A stretch of DNA of 64,000 nt, from the NCBI GenBank assembly GCA_012295275.1, contig CM022673.1, positions 13,578,001-13,642,000 of the forward strand, read 5' to 3'. Within the stretch, counting starts at the first letter, position 1, and each line of letters begins with the position of its first letter. The position numbers and the translations under genes are program-made. Of the stretch, positions 28,681-42,890 are shown in pieces. This stretch comes from Chrysomallon squamiferum. Its lineage: Eukaryota > Animalia > Mollusca. The notes beneath the pieces are model-generated. The model did no database searches. It saw only the letters and a program-made list of their open reading frames with translations, and was not told the origin of the DNA.

Positions 28681-31600
28681 GTAAATATACAGAATAATTT
28701 ATTTTAGTGTTTTACTTCATTTTATCATTCTTTCTTTTTTGGATTGATGAATTACTCTTTTGTTTAAATCTGGTTTTACACAGTCAATGAATTTAAAAAA
28801 CCAACAAAACATCCAAATGAAAAAAACAATAACACACATGTCTCCCCTTTCTCTGACAGACAGACATCACACAGACACACACACAGACACACACTCATAC
28901 ACACTCATACAAACACACCTATGCCCAAGTTCTTGCCCCAGACACCCAGTCAGTATATACAGATAAGCTAAACACCAACCTATATACAAACACACAATCT
29001 GTAGAAACATACTCATTTACAATACTTATGACAAACAAACACATTTTTCTCTTTTTTTCTCTGAACTATATGTTCAGTCACTGAAGCATTTTATATATAT
29101 ATTTTTTCTTTTGGTTCACAAGAGACTTGTAGAAAAGCAGGTTGAGGTGACTGATTTTTGACATACTTACATAGTAATAAACCTACTCTAAGTGTTCAGT
29201 CAAACACATCCATAATGTCCACAAGGTGTAGTGAAGAAACACACAGATGTATTTCTGCAGGACAGTGTGTGTGTGTGTGTCTCTCTGTCTACACACACAT
29301 ACACACTAACATACTCAAACATTTTCTAATACACAGGCATATTCATATTCATATACTGGCAGTTTCTAAGTATATAAAAAAAATAAACTTGCTGTATTAA
29401 ATGAATAAAAACATTCTGACTGTTATGTGAATAAAATAATTTTATCTATATCAAGTGTATAAAAATAATCTTGCTATATTAAATGAATAAAACAGATCTG
29501 AGATAATAACACAAAAGCTGTTGTGCCCGAAATAAATATTAATATAATGTTAAAAATAAATAAGTTAAAACTATTTTTGTCTCCCTGGGCAACAGCATTT
29601 TACAGCAGTTTATAAGACAAAATCTTTCCAGTGCTAAATCCACAGCTGAAATATTCTCGCTTAAATCAAATTTTCCTCTGTATCATTAATATTTTAAAAC
29701 ACATTTTATTTGTTCACATCTAAAAGGTATGTACATTCATCTTGCTGGTGTAATAATTACATTTATGTTGCTAGTGTATATGATTCCATTTTTCTATTAT
29801 TTATTAGTGTTTTTCAGTTAGGATTTTTTAATTTTCACTGTTCAAATGAAAAAACTTTATAATTTTGTTTCAGTTTTTGTTTTATTTCTTGATACCTATT
29901 CGTGGATTGACAGCTTTATATCTCTATTAAATGTTTATTATTCTTTTGATCTCTTAAATGTGTCAGGGGGGTTATATCAAGTTTTACACAATTTTCTTGG
30001 AATAGTTATCAATAGCTGTGAAATGTTATTTCTTGTTATGCTCAGAACTGAATATGAAAAAGATTAGCTGGTCATAATAATAATAATAATAATAATAACA
30101 ATAACAAAATGGACATTTCTTCTGAATAACTAAATGAATTAAAGTTTCACTGAAGTTTTGACATGATTATAAAAGAGGAATTATTAAATAACTTGTGATG
30201 GAGAAAGGTCAAAGCCCAACATTGCAGTGATAATGTAGTATATTTTGCATTAATCTGATTAATTAATTTATTTTTTGTTTTTACATTACTTTGATTATGT
30301 GGTATATCTTTTACATCCTGTGATAATGTGGCATTTTTTACATTTCCAAAGATAATGTGGAATATTTTAGACTGCCATGATAATGTGTATTTTACATGTG
30401 GTGTAGATTTTTCATTTTTTTTACATTGCCATGAAAATTTGGCAGATTTTACATTGCATCATATTTTGTACTGCCAGTGATACTGTAGCAGTTCTGGTTG
30501 GTTCTGAGTAAAAAATTTGCAGCTGATTTGGAGACGAAAGCAAATTTGAGATTACTATAATTTGGCTCTGATGAAGCCGTTTCTTGTCACTGTGCTCAAT
30601 GTTACATTTTCATCTCACTCACTGACGTAATGTTGCCAGCTGGAACTGTTATCAACAGCAAGGATCAGTTTTGTATTTGTTCCATCAGATTTAACAACCC
30701 AGTTTGTCACTTTATGATTGATTTTATTTTTCATTCATTGTACACATGTCTGGTAATACAATATATTTGTTTTGTATGTTAATAAAAATTGTGAGTAAAA
30801 AGAAAAAGATATGTCTCAATATGTAGAAAGTATATTTTGTGCTGATCTTTCTTTTTCTGTTCTCTCTCTCTCTTCCTTTTCATCTACCACTTTTTCTCTC
30901 TTTCACAATCAGTTACATTAACCTCTAATTTTATTAGTTTTATTTTTTATTTAACTTTCCTTGTTAAAAAAAGAAATAAATAAAATAAAATCAAGTTTTT
31001 ACATCCCTGTTCTTCTACATTGAAGTGATATGATACAGAAATGTATGGCCCTGTTGTAACAAGCTGTTGGTGAGTTGCTGTTAAGCGTAACTGCTTAAAT
31101 TTATGCTAATGAAGTAAGCTTAAGAAAAAAAGAAAAAAAGAAAAAGAAAACGAATCCTAGAACAAGCAACAATAAAAAAAATAAAAAAAGTTAAAGTAAT
31201 CTTGTAAAGAAAGGTAACAAAATAAAGATTAAAAAAAAAAATAATAAAAAAAAAAAAAAAAAAAAAAAAAAATAAAATAAAATAAAATCTCCAAAAACAA
31301 CTAAAACAACAAAAACCAAAGGAAAAAAATACCAAAATAAGGTACTTAAAAAAATGTAATAAAAATAATGGTAAAAAATAAAAACTGATTGGACTGTATT
31401 AACAAACAGCTCAGATGGTCTGTTTGTAATGATGCTGATAACTAATAAAACTAATTAGCAGTTTCCATAACAACGCTGTGCTTTGGCCTGTGGGACAGGC
31501 TACATTAATTAGCTTGCCTACGTCTGCATGGTTGAGCACGCCTGTCATGGACACCATCTCTAATAGTTTTGACCATAAGGATTCTGTATTTGTATGTTGT

Positions 31601-33499
31601 ATTGATAAAAACAATTTTGTTAATGCATTTATTTTGTTTCTTTTTTTAATTTTTTTTTTTTTTTTTTTTTTATATTTACAATACATATTCATGGTTATTT
31701 TTAAAATTTTCTTTGTGATTTTTTAAAAAAAAATAAAATTATTTACAAATTCTCTCTTCATTGATAAAAAATGAAAACAAAAAACCACCAAAAAAATAAT
31801 AAATAAATAAAACAGCAGAAAATGATATTTCTAATATCGTATATATCAAGTATATTCTTGTATATTTTATTGTTTATTTTTAATTCAATTCAATTCTTGC
31901 TATTTTCTTAACATTCCTTTCTGTGAGCCTTTTCCTAGGATTCAGGAAGTAATTTGAAAAAATAAAAAAAAACGTGGAAAAAAAATAGATAAATAATCAT
32001 AACATTTTGTTATTTTTTATTATTAGTATTTTTTTTAAATCAGTAAAAGTATAATACATATGGAATTTAGCATTGTTAAATACCATTCACAGAATATGAT
32101 ATATTGTTATATATTTTTATGTTTAAACGTAAAAAAAAAGAAATGAAAAAAATAATTATTATTGGGAAGAAATGAAGATTCAGTGATATAAAATATGGAG
32201 CAAACCCAGATATAATTGAAAGATGGTGTTCAAAGCACTTTTAACAATGAATTTATTAATACCACCCATTCCAAACATCTCTGATAATGTGACCAATTCA
32301 AGAAAGACACACAAAGCATTTAATTATTTTATTTATTAGTCAGTTTTAGCTCTTTGGTTACAAATTTTAAAATATAACATTTAAAATGATGCAAATCTCC
32401 AAAAGTATTTCAAAACTGTCAAGTGGAAAGATTAGTTACACATTGACAGATGCACACACACACACATACATAAACACACTGACAGATGCATGCACAAATG
32501 CACACATATGCACATACACACTCATAAAAATTCTGACATGCACACACACATACATATTAATATGTGCATACACATCTCTCTCAAATTTACATATATATAT
32601 GTGTGTGTATATATATATATATATAATTTTAAATAATTTTAAAGAACTTATCACTTTGTAACTCTTGTGTATCTTTCATAAAAACTGGTTACATTTATAT
32701 TTATTACATCTAGTTGTAAACATACTGAAATTTCCATTATTGATTCATTTTATTTGATATTTTTTATTCTTGTTAAAAAGAAATGTGAAATAATGAAATA
32801 ATCAGTCTAGTGTAATTTATTATTGATTTTTACTAATTCTAAGGGTTTTTTATATGTTTTTATTACTAATGTATTTCTGTGTAATATATACTATTATGTA
32901 TTTTTAATAATGCACATTAATTTATATCTGTTCAGTACCTACTGTAATATATATATATATATACATACATATATATGTTTTTAATATTAAACAGTTACTA
33001 GTTTTTATTTTATAATGATGTTATTAATTATTTTTATATAATTATTATAATTATGTAATTTTTGGATTTTTATATATTTATTATAATGTTACATCATAAG
33101 TAAGCTGCTACTACAAGTTGTCATATCAGTTATAATTGAGGAATCATTAGCAACATACACATTGTCCCACAGAACATTTTGTTTCACGTTGATGTACCAT
33201 TGATGTGGCATTGGCTTCGGTGGGTAAATATCCATTTCAGTATTCCAAGAAAGACAGATTCTGAGACATATAATGTGTTAAATGAGTCTTAAATCTGTTT
33301 ATTCTAATGGTCGCAGAAACAAATTAGTTTAGCATAAAAGATTGTTTGATGCTGAAGACAGACTGGCTGAGGCCAAAAACGGATTGGGTGATTCTCAGAA
33401 CAGCTCAGGTGGTGCTGAAAAGATTGGATGATGATGACACAGACAGTAGACTGGGTGATGTAGGAAACAGAGAGCTTGATGCAGACAAGTGGCTGGATG

Positions 33500-33655
33500 A
33501 TTTAGAAACTGACTGGGTGATTCAGAAAACTGGTTGGGTGATTCAGAAAACTGGCTGGCTGATTCAGAAAATAGACAGGGTGGTGCAGAAAATAGACATG
33601 GTGGTGCAGAAAATAGACACAGTGGTGCAGAACATAGACAGGGTGGTGCAGAAAT
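33500..33655. repeat. 21-bp minisatellite (GACAGGGTGGTGCAGAAAATA / GACTGGGTGATTCAGAAAACT)
   Basis: Tandem copies, degenerate back to about 33350; produces the 7-aa periodic ORF 33346-33657. Confidence 0.9.
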
Positions 33656-33669
33656 AACCAAATTGATAA

Positions 33670-33737
33670 AATGAGGAACTCTGATAGAATAATCTATCAT
33701 ACCTCAGTCGAGGACTCTAACCACTGAGCTACATTCC
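33670..33737 (-). mobile_element. tRNA-derived SINE head remnant
   Basis: The reverse complement reads TGTAGCTCAGTGGTTAGAGTCCTCGACTGAGGT, a pol III A-box/D-arm. There is no intact T-arm, so it is not a functional tRNA. Confidence 0.55.
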
Positions 33738-34779
33738 ATTGTAGTGCTGAGTATCAGTTACCTGGTAATTTAAAAAACATCAACAGTTAAAAAAGAACCA
33801 ACATTTTCACATTCCAAGTAACTTAAACAATTTTGTATGTGTATATGTATATATATATTTTTTTTTGCTGGTTTCCTTTGATTTTTAATGTGTTACATGT
33901 GTTGTTGATAGCAAACAGCTGTATGCCTCTCACTGGGGTATATCTGAGTTAATTTCCCAAACCTGTATGACACTACAGCTTTAGCAGTATTTGAAGAATC
34001 ATAAAACAACCCTTTTTAATTACCTCTTGTACTGTTCCCCATTCCAGTGTGGCTCATAGCTTATGCTCCTACATTTCATTGCTTTGTGGAAAAGTATCAT
34101 GTATGTTTGCCTGTGTTTATAAAAAATATTTTTGCTCCTATATGGAGTGGGGTTGGTTAACTATGTAAATATGTTATCTAAGTTAGAAGTATAATAAAAA
34201 AAATTAAAAATTAAAAAAATTGTTATTTTTCACCCAGAGGTTGGAAATGGAACAGGATATTAGAATTATTGTTTTAAAAATGAGAAAATAAAAGTCTTTT
34301 ATAGTATGATAAAGATTTTTCAGTTTTAGAATTAAAACAGAAATGTTAGAATTTCAGTAAATAATAATAATAATGACAACAACAGTACTGATACCAGCAA
34401 TCACAATAACAATAACAATTTCATAATTTTAATAAATTTTATTAACAACAATGAGTTTTTCTTATTTTTGAAGAAGAATTAAACAACAAAAATGAATAAA
34501 GTATGAATAAAAATTAGATAACAAATAATAATAATAATAATAGTAATAATTTTGAAAAGACAAAAAACAAAACAACGCCAACAACAAGAGAATTGGTGAT
34601 ACGTAACTTTAGGTGTATACGTATTTGTATAATCCAGTGTAAGTGTTTTGCATTACACTCTGTGTTGTTCTGTTCTTGCTGCCTGAGCTTCATGTCACAG
34701 TGTTTATGGATTATCTGACCACTCCAGAGTATACAACGTAAATACTTATTGGTGCACCAGATCATTATCATCGTGAGTG

Positions 34780-34890
34780 CATCTGAGGTAGCACCTGACC
34801 CACACAGCCAGCCAATGACAGCCCATCATCACAATCCCCTCCCCTACAAGGCTCTGCTGACCTCTCTGGCTTGACCTAGGAAGTAATCAG
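34780..34890 (+). promoter_or_regulatory. Candidate internal promoter
   Basis: GCCAAT box (34811-34816), CCCCTCCCC Sp/KLF-type site, TGACCC (34796) and two TGACCT half-sites spaced 8 nt (34858-34877). Confidence 0.4.
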
Positions 34891-35031
34891 TAGTTAACAA
34901 CCAGAGTAAGAGTAAGAGAGAGAGAGAGAGAGAGAGAAAAAAATCTTAAGCTCTGAGAATACTGGTGAAGCAGTTTTAGTGGATTTACTGTTAAAATGAA
35001 GTTTCTGGTGTTTTCATGTCTGTGTCATGTG
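34890..35031 (+). other. Candidate alternative first exon
   Basis: Follows the promoter-like island and ends in consensus donor GTG|GTGAGT (35032). ATG 35016 (MSVSC+G) leaves phase 1, in frame with the exon at 54784. Confidence 0.4.
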
Positions 35032-35363
35032 GTGAGTATTATACTGCAGTTACGAGGGCTGTCTGTCTGTGTGGCTGCTGTGTGTGTGTCTGTGTTGTTA
35101 TCTGTGTGTTTGTTCATAGCTTGACTTGTTTTCTTCTGGCTGGCCCACATTCTCGTGTATTTTTATCACGTGGCAGGCAGTAGAAAAGTTGGTCATGGTT
35201 GGTAGCACACAGTGTAACCACAGTGTGTGTCGGCTGTAGTAGAATCATAGCTAGCTATACAAGAGTACATAGAAACACACACATACATGTATAGATCTAC
35301 ATGTTCATGTATATATGTGTTGTGTGTGTATGTTTATGCATATAAATTCTAGTACATATATAT

Positions 35364-35399
<36 letters not shown>

Positions 35400-36256
35400 G
35401 TATGTGTATTTGTTTGTGATTGTATATGCACATATACACATGACTAGTATATATATTATTATATACACACCCAAAAGTACACATACTAAAAATATTATAT
35501 TAACGCATATACAGATTCACATATATACACACACACAAACACACATAGATACATACACACACAGATACATACATACATACACACACATATGTAAACAAAT
35601 ATATTTAAACTGCAAGATATCATTACATACATGTGTGTTTTGTTTACACATTGTGTTTTCGTAATACATTTATAGATTTACTGTCAAGATATTTTAATAC
35701 CTACTGGATTTTATTTGCATTGTATCTTATTTGGTTGATTTAAAAATGTTTGAGATTAGTATTTTATTTTGTTTATTTAGGATACACCACACTTATATGC
35801 ATATGTATTATTTACAGATAATCTTTTTATGTTATTGATTAATTTTGGACTTTACATTTTACTTTACATATATAACATTTTGCAAATATATTATTTCATT
35901 TAGTTATTACTATTATTTTAATTTTATTTTGACATCTAATAACTAATACACTGTCATTCTGTTAAACATCAATGATTTTACATATGTATTTTTGGGATGT
36001 TAATTATACAGCTTAGATCCTGATTTTTTAATTGTTTTTCATGTCTAATATATATATTTATTTATTATCATACATACTAAAGTTAATATTTTTCATATTT
36101 GTTGTGCTACCTATTTTATTTTTACAGATTTGTGTAGCTGTCTTATGATAACAGCTAGTTATTTGACAATGTTTAAAATTTAAGATTACTGCTAATATTC
36201 CATACAAGTTTAGCATGAAATTAGTTCATATGTTATATATTCAGCTGATATGGATG

Positions 36257-36292
<36 letters not shown>

Positions 36293-36556
36293 TCCGTATA
36301 TGTATGTATGTTTTACTATTTATGTTATGTTCATTTTTACATATTTGTGTTGAAGACATATACATAAAGTCACTTAAACTTTTATGTTTATATTATAATA
36401 TGCTACTAGAGATTATATAAGAGGTTAAAAATAACAGTTTCTGAATGTATTGATTACTTGTGTATCACTCTGGAAATTCTCTTGTCCACACTTTTTGTTA
36501 CATAAGGCACGTTATCAAGCAAAAAAAACAACCTATCGTGACTGTATATTTATGTA

Positions 36557-36562
<6 letters not shown>

Positions 36563-36619
<57 letters not shown>

Positions 36620-36629
36620 ACACACACAT
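36563..36629. repeat. (TG)n followed by (CA)n microsatellite
   Basis: Direct reading. Confidence 0.95.
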
Positions 36630-37524
36630 TTAGTCAAATGTTTTGCTGCTCAGGATTTAATCAATATGTAACTTGCATGCTGTGTTCTCTGTCCTTTTTA
36701 TATCTGTATTCTAGTGTGTATATTAATATGTGTTTAATCTGTACCAAATATAGCACATCTTTATAGGTATGATGTATGCTAAACTAATATATATATATAT
36801 ATATATTTTATTTATTCACATCACATACATATATACACACATACACATAAAAAATAAAATTTATAAAAATATCGTTACGCCCCAAATGTCATTCCAAATA
36901 ACAGAATAATTAAAAGATTGTGAAATTCTTGTGATATTAGAGTGACACAATGTTTATATTAATCATCTTTTATCACGAACACGTTTTAAGGTTAAAGAAC
37001 GATGGTTTGTGTGGGTTATCATTCTAGATAACAGTATAATTAACAGATTGTGAAAAAAGTGGGAAAACTGTGCTTGATCTCAGAGGTGAGCAGTTTGATA
37101 TTACTTTGATTGATAATGACTGCCAGTTCTCTTTGACCCAGTTTTATATTTTAAACGTTTGCCTGTTTTTTTTTATTTTTTATTTTTTTTTACTTGTACA
37201 GAATTGGCTATTACAGTATTTTATTAACCTTACTTCCTGTCCTATTGTTTAGTTTATTAAAAGAACAGGTGTATTTCCCCCAGGTACACCTCCACATTTC
37301 AGTTGCTTTAATTTTGCATTAGCATGTAAAATATGACAATCCTGACGAATGTGAGTTTTTTTTGTTTTGTTTTTGTTTTTAATTTCATTACAGATTAAAT
37401 GAATTATTTGAGATTTATCTAACAATTTTGTGGTTGTGAAATGGTTTTAAGTTATCAGTCATAGATTACAAATTATAATGAAGACTGAAAAAGAAGATTA
37501 AAATAATTCATGGTTACTCTGCAA

Positions 37525-37660
37525 CAGACCTTTCACACAAACCACACACCAGACAGACTCTTGTTCTTGTTGTGGCGACTAGGAAATCAATGGTTTAAGT
37601 ATCGAACCGGTGACCCTTCGTGTCTCAGGTTAGAATTCTAACTTCTTCTGAGTCACAGCT
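37525..37660 (-). mobile_element. Decayed tRNA-derived SINE 5' part
   Basis: The reverse complement contains a B-box-like GGTTCGATAC (+ strand GTATCGAACC, about 37599-37608). Confidence 0.4.
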
Positions 37661-38160
37661 GACTGATGTTACAGCATTATTTCACTGTTGTAATATTAAA
37701 GCAGATTGTGAGATACAATTCAGTAGACTTGCTGGAAACAGGTAGTATACAGGTCAGTTGTGACAACAACATCACTGTCCATTGAATACTGCTGTAGTTT
37801 TCACTGGGTACACTTTCTCTGCTTCACTTCATGTGCCCTACATAGTGTATGGTATATAAATACTTTGAGTTTTGGTTTTAGGATAGATGTTGATGAATGC
37901 TTTATATATATATATTTTTTTTTTTTTGCATGTTCTAGAAATAAAAACTGTCTAACCATGGAAGAATTTATAAATTTGCTCTTCTAAAACAATTTTGTTA
38001 CAAAAATAAAAATAAAAATAAACACACACACCTAGTTTAATCTTTGTCTGAAAGCTTCTCAAGGGACACGGTAAAACTTATTTTCAGAGCAAGGTTGTTG
38101 ATGTACATGATTAGATCATAAATAAAATGCATTATGGGGTGAGAAAACAATGTGACCATG

Positions 38161-38191
<31 letters not shown>

Positions 38192-38589
38192 AATTAATCC
38201 TGCCATAATCTTTGATAAGTACAGCTAAATTGATTTTTGTAGAAAATAAATCCGGGATTTTAACTTTGACCTACCTGTCAAAGTTGAAAGTTTTACTGTC
38301 AGTGTATGACCTTTCTCACAGCCTGACAACTGAAAATAATCCACTCATAACCTATGTCACTACTCAGATAGTTAACTTTTGTTTAACTTGATACTACCAC
38401 CAGGAGTTCAAATGGTGATGTATTACTGAAAAGTAATAACATTTTGGTTTTTGTTTTCAAATCATTGAAATGAATGTAATACATCTGTTTAATTCAGATT
38501 TAAGATACTGTTAAGCTCTTGTCCAATCTCTGGTTTCTGGTCATAATGTTACGTGACATATTAAATGTAAATGTTCCACTTATCTATGG

Positions 38590-38790
38590 ATGCATGTTGT
38601 GGTCCAGTGGTCAGAACACTGGACTCGGGGACAGTGAGATGAATTATCTATCATAAATATGCTTTTAGCCCAACCCAGCTGTTGCTTCATGAGTTTTTTT
38701 TTTAATCAAATGCCATTGACTGTATTTTGCTGTTTATAAGAAGATACATATGGAGGATTCCTTCTTGCTAAGTGAAAATAAAGTAGCCAT
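38590..38790 (+). mobile_element. Decayed tRNA-derived SINE (head plus core)
   Basis: A-box-like TGGTCCAGTGGTCAGAACACT, then core-like GATACATATGGAGGATTCCTTCTTGCTAAGTGAAAATAAAGTAGCC. Confidence 0.5.
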
Positions 38791-41397
38791 TTAAATATTA
38801 TCTTTATGACTCTAACAGAAAATGAATAGCATGTTATATATTATCTGTATTATTTGTATGTTCTTAATCAAAGATAATGTAACTGTAAAATAATAAAATA
38901 CAAAAAAATCAGCAGACTTAATCCTTTTGCTTGAGTACGGTGACATATCTCTATGTTCTGTAAATGAACTTGTCAAAACCCTGTGACAGGTTGTTGTTTT
39001 TTTCTCCTGTATTCTGTAATTTAAACTTTTGTGAAACAAAGCACACAATGTAATTGTAGATGCTTTCTGCCTATCAGCTACTTGATTGTCAGTTGGTTAA
39101 AAAATGAATACAAATCTTTTTTTCTTTTTTTTAAAAGTACAGATAAATGATAAAAAAAAAATGGGAATTCAGCACGAGAGGTGTGAGACCCAGGACATGT
39201 ATATTGCTTTTTTTTTTTTTTTTTACAGTTCTAGTTATCACTATCTTGTGTAGAGAAAACAAAAAGAAGAGGAATAAATTAGATTACACTAGATGTGATA
39301 ACAGAGTTGTAAATCCCAGGACGAATCATTGTCTTCTCTGCTTCCCAGTTAGTTTATGTTTTTATACACTCACTTAACAGACATGGATAGAGAACTTGCC
39401 AGAGGCAGGACGGTTTCCATTGGTTACCGTTACCTGTCTTTACAGTACACAGTGGAGACTGTTTTATGGTTCAGTGAAGTCCGTTTGTGGAGGGTTTATG
39501 TGGGAAAAATCTCTAGCTGAACTTTTGGTAAAAGTAGTCTGTTTAGGTTGGAGTTTTTTTTGTAAATGTGTATTTTGTATTTGTACATGTATTAGAATGT
39601 TATGTATATATGTACTAGAATGAAAGAGAAACCAACTGAGGGCGTGAGAACAAGAGAAAGAGAGAGAGAAACATGAGAGAGTGAGAAAGAGAGACAGGGA
39701 AGGGAGTAAACACGAGACTGTGTCTGTGTGTGTGTGTGTATTTGAGTTTGTGTGGTGGCTGTGGTTTTTTTATATCTGTGTGTGCATATCTCTCAGTCTG
39801 TAGATGTATATGTTTGCCTTACTGTTGTTACTACAGAACAACTAATAAGAGTATCTTAAAAAAATTATATAAAATTATAAGATCAGTAAAATCAACACAC
39901 GGAAAAAACCTGCCACCATTTTATGTTTGTCTGGCAATATTCTGGTGGTGTCATCTTTCATTTTATTACATCTTTATTTATTCCTACATCTTGTAAAATC
40001 ATAAAACCATACTTAAAATGAATGAATATTGATTAAAACTGATTGTGAATAAGCTTATTTATTGCTAGATGTAAATAAAAAATTAAAAAAAAAATTATAT
40101 ATATATAATGTATTATATATTTAACTAAGGAATACTTAAGAAAACAAGGGGGAAAAATGAAAGGAAGAAAAGGAAAAAAAAAAGAAAGATAAAGATAAAA
40201 ATCAAAATAAGAAGATAAAATGACAGAGTAATTTTACAAAGGTAAAGGTAGTTTGGTATGTGTAAGTATAATCAGCAGTTATGTGGGGACGGAGTATTGC
40301 CAGGTGGATTATTAATTAAGTATCATGTGCATGTGCTGCATTTGGTAAACAACTCATCACTGGCAGCACAGTTGTCTACTGCAGTGGTCACCTGGACAAC
40401 AGATTGGTCAAGGCTAGCACACATATTGATTTTGACCATCTCATCTTATAACACAAGGAATTCACTTCTGGGAGCATTCAAAACCGATAGTGTTGTGTGT
40501 TCCTTTATTCAGCTGAACTTTCAAGATTCAGTTACTTCACTTCTAGAAGACACGGATGACTTTTTAATGGGGTTTTTTTTTTCTTCTCTTTCATCCGTTT
40601 TGTGAGATCTATGTGTGATAAAGCATGCCAAGTGTTTTTGACATTTGAGACTTCGATCTAAACGAAGTTTTGTTGTCTTGGAGTTTTGTCCATTGCAGGT
40701 AAACACAGAGTCTTTTATATAAAAAGAAAACTTCTTTTTTTTCCCTGAAATTTACAGAGACTGTGTAAGTGATTGATATTTATTTTTCCTGACATTTACA
40801 GCGATTACATGAATCATATTTATGTTTTCTGAAATTTACAAACAGTAAATGAATCATATTGAAATACAAAGGGAACTATTTGTTGTGCTTATTTATCAGA
40901 AACCCAGTTGAAATGTGAAACAGTTAATTTTTAAAAAGAAGTTTGTGTAATTGTCAAATTTTCTTTCCTTGTTATTGATATTTTAATTTCTTTTATATGT
41001 GTTGATATGTCTGATAGTTCATTTTTTTTACTATGATTTGTTGAAAACAAAAAAAAACACAGTTTCTCATCCACCTTTTTTTTTTTTTTTTTTCGTTTTG
41101 TTTTCTTTGTTTTTCTCTCATTTTATTCTTAAATTATGTTATATTATTTCTTCTTCTTTTTAAATATATAATCATAAATTTAAATTTTCATTTCATTACA
41201 TTTTGAATTATTTATATTCCATTTAATTTAAAAAACAGATTTGGATTTAAAATGAAACAAACCCAGACTCTAATATAATACTGAATAGATGAACATGGTA
41301 GAAGAACTGACGTAACACATAATTTGTCATATCAGAAAGAATCCATAACGGTTTGCATAATTATCTCATAATGCCTGCATCATCACAAACAAGGAAG

Positions 41398-41560
41398 TGA
41401 AATGTAGCTGAGTGTTAGCCTAAGGCACCAAGGGTCTGGGGATCAATACTGCATAATGTGCCATCTGAACTGATTTTGTCTCAGCCACATCATCATGTCA
41501 TGGCAGTATGTACTTCCTTGTCTGTGAGAAGATGTATTTAAACGTTTCTGATAGGAAAAT
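41398..41560 (+). mobile_element. Decayed tRNA-derived SINE
   Basis: TGTAGCTGAGTGTTAG A-box-like, GGATCAATAC B-box-like, then CCTTGTCTGTGAGAAGATGTATTTAAA core-like. Confidence 0.45.
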
Positions 41561-42858
41561 ACAGTGGTTTCTGAAATTTCTGTGTTAGCTATAGCCTACC
41601 AGATGTTCGACTATTATCCAGTGTTCATTGATAACTGAACTTTCAGTCTGTTTCACTTGAAATAACACGTTTCACTGTAGCATTAGTAAAAGTGAATAAG
41701 AGCACAGAGAACTCTGAATCAGCAGTTACATTATCCTCACAGAATAGCATTATGTATGCACACAGACCAGAGAGAGCTAATAAAATAAAGACAGGGACAT
41801 TATGCTGCTGTGCTTTTTCATATGTGTACGCTTTAATGAATGTTCATATAATCATAGTGGAATTATTATTTATTAGGTCACTTTTATATGCAACAGAAAA
41901 GAAAAATATTTAACAACCATTTTGATAACTGTATGACTGCTTAATTTAAATACAACAAACTATATCACCAGTAATATTATTTAAAAAAAAAATAATAATA
42001 AAAAAAATAATAATGATAATAAAAATAAATGAATAATTTATAAAGATTAGAATTTGGAAATGTAAATATTATTATGTGAAGAAAAGAAAAATATGAAATT
42101 TTGAATTTGTTTGTTCCGTTTTACATTTTACAGATTGTTTGTATCTTGTTTACAGAATTTAAACAATAAAAATCTGTGAACAAAATGAATTGTACTTTAC
42201 CAGCTTGCTGACACTGTTCTCACATTAAGTATTAATTAATTAATTACATAGGGAATGTTTTAAAAGAAAGGTATATATTTGTGCAGAAGTGTGATTAGAA
42301 ATAAATAATTAATGTTACTTTACTGGAATATACTGCTCTGCGGTTTAATTAGTTACTGAATAAAAGAATGTTTAACTGTCCTCCATGAAAATATAGATTA
42401 TTGGATGCCCCAAAAATCTTAGAAGATTATGCTTAGCAACAGATTTACCTGCTGCATTTTTTTTATTTAAAACCTCCAACAACCCCCCCCCACAAGAAAC
42501 TATTAAAAAATTATTAGGTAAAAACTGTTTTCTTTTTGATCATACTGATTCCTGCTGTTACAATTACAGCTGATAAGAATTTTTTTTTTATATCAGATTG
42601 TCAAGTTTATTCATGACTAGCTTGTCTATACTCGAGTCTGGGCAGCCATTGTGCTATCACTGTTAATGATGTTATCATTGATTCATGGATAAAAAGCATG
42701 AACGGCAGAAAAAGAGAGAAAAAAAAAATAATAATAAAAGAAGAAGAGATGATATTAGAACATAAATATGAAAGGTGAAACAAGCTCAGTTATGATACAA
42801 ATTCATTAATAATGTACTGTGAAGAACTGATGAGAAAAATAATGTTTATTTTTGTAAA

Positions 42859-42890
<32 letters not shown>

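Noticed and set aside
33346-33657. 103-aa ORF with a 7-aa periodic pattern (DWVIQKT/DRVVQKI)
   Set aside because: It is the translation of a 21-bp minisatellite, has no true ATG at the start and lacks supporting splice context.
33701-33737. Possible tRNA gene on the minus strand
   Set aside because: Only the A-box/D-arm is recognisable, with no T-arm or acceptor stem; treated as a SINE head.
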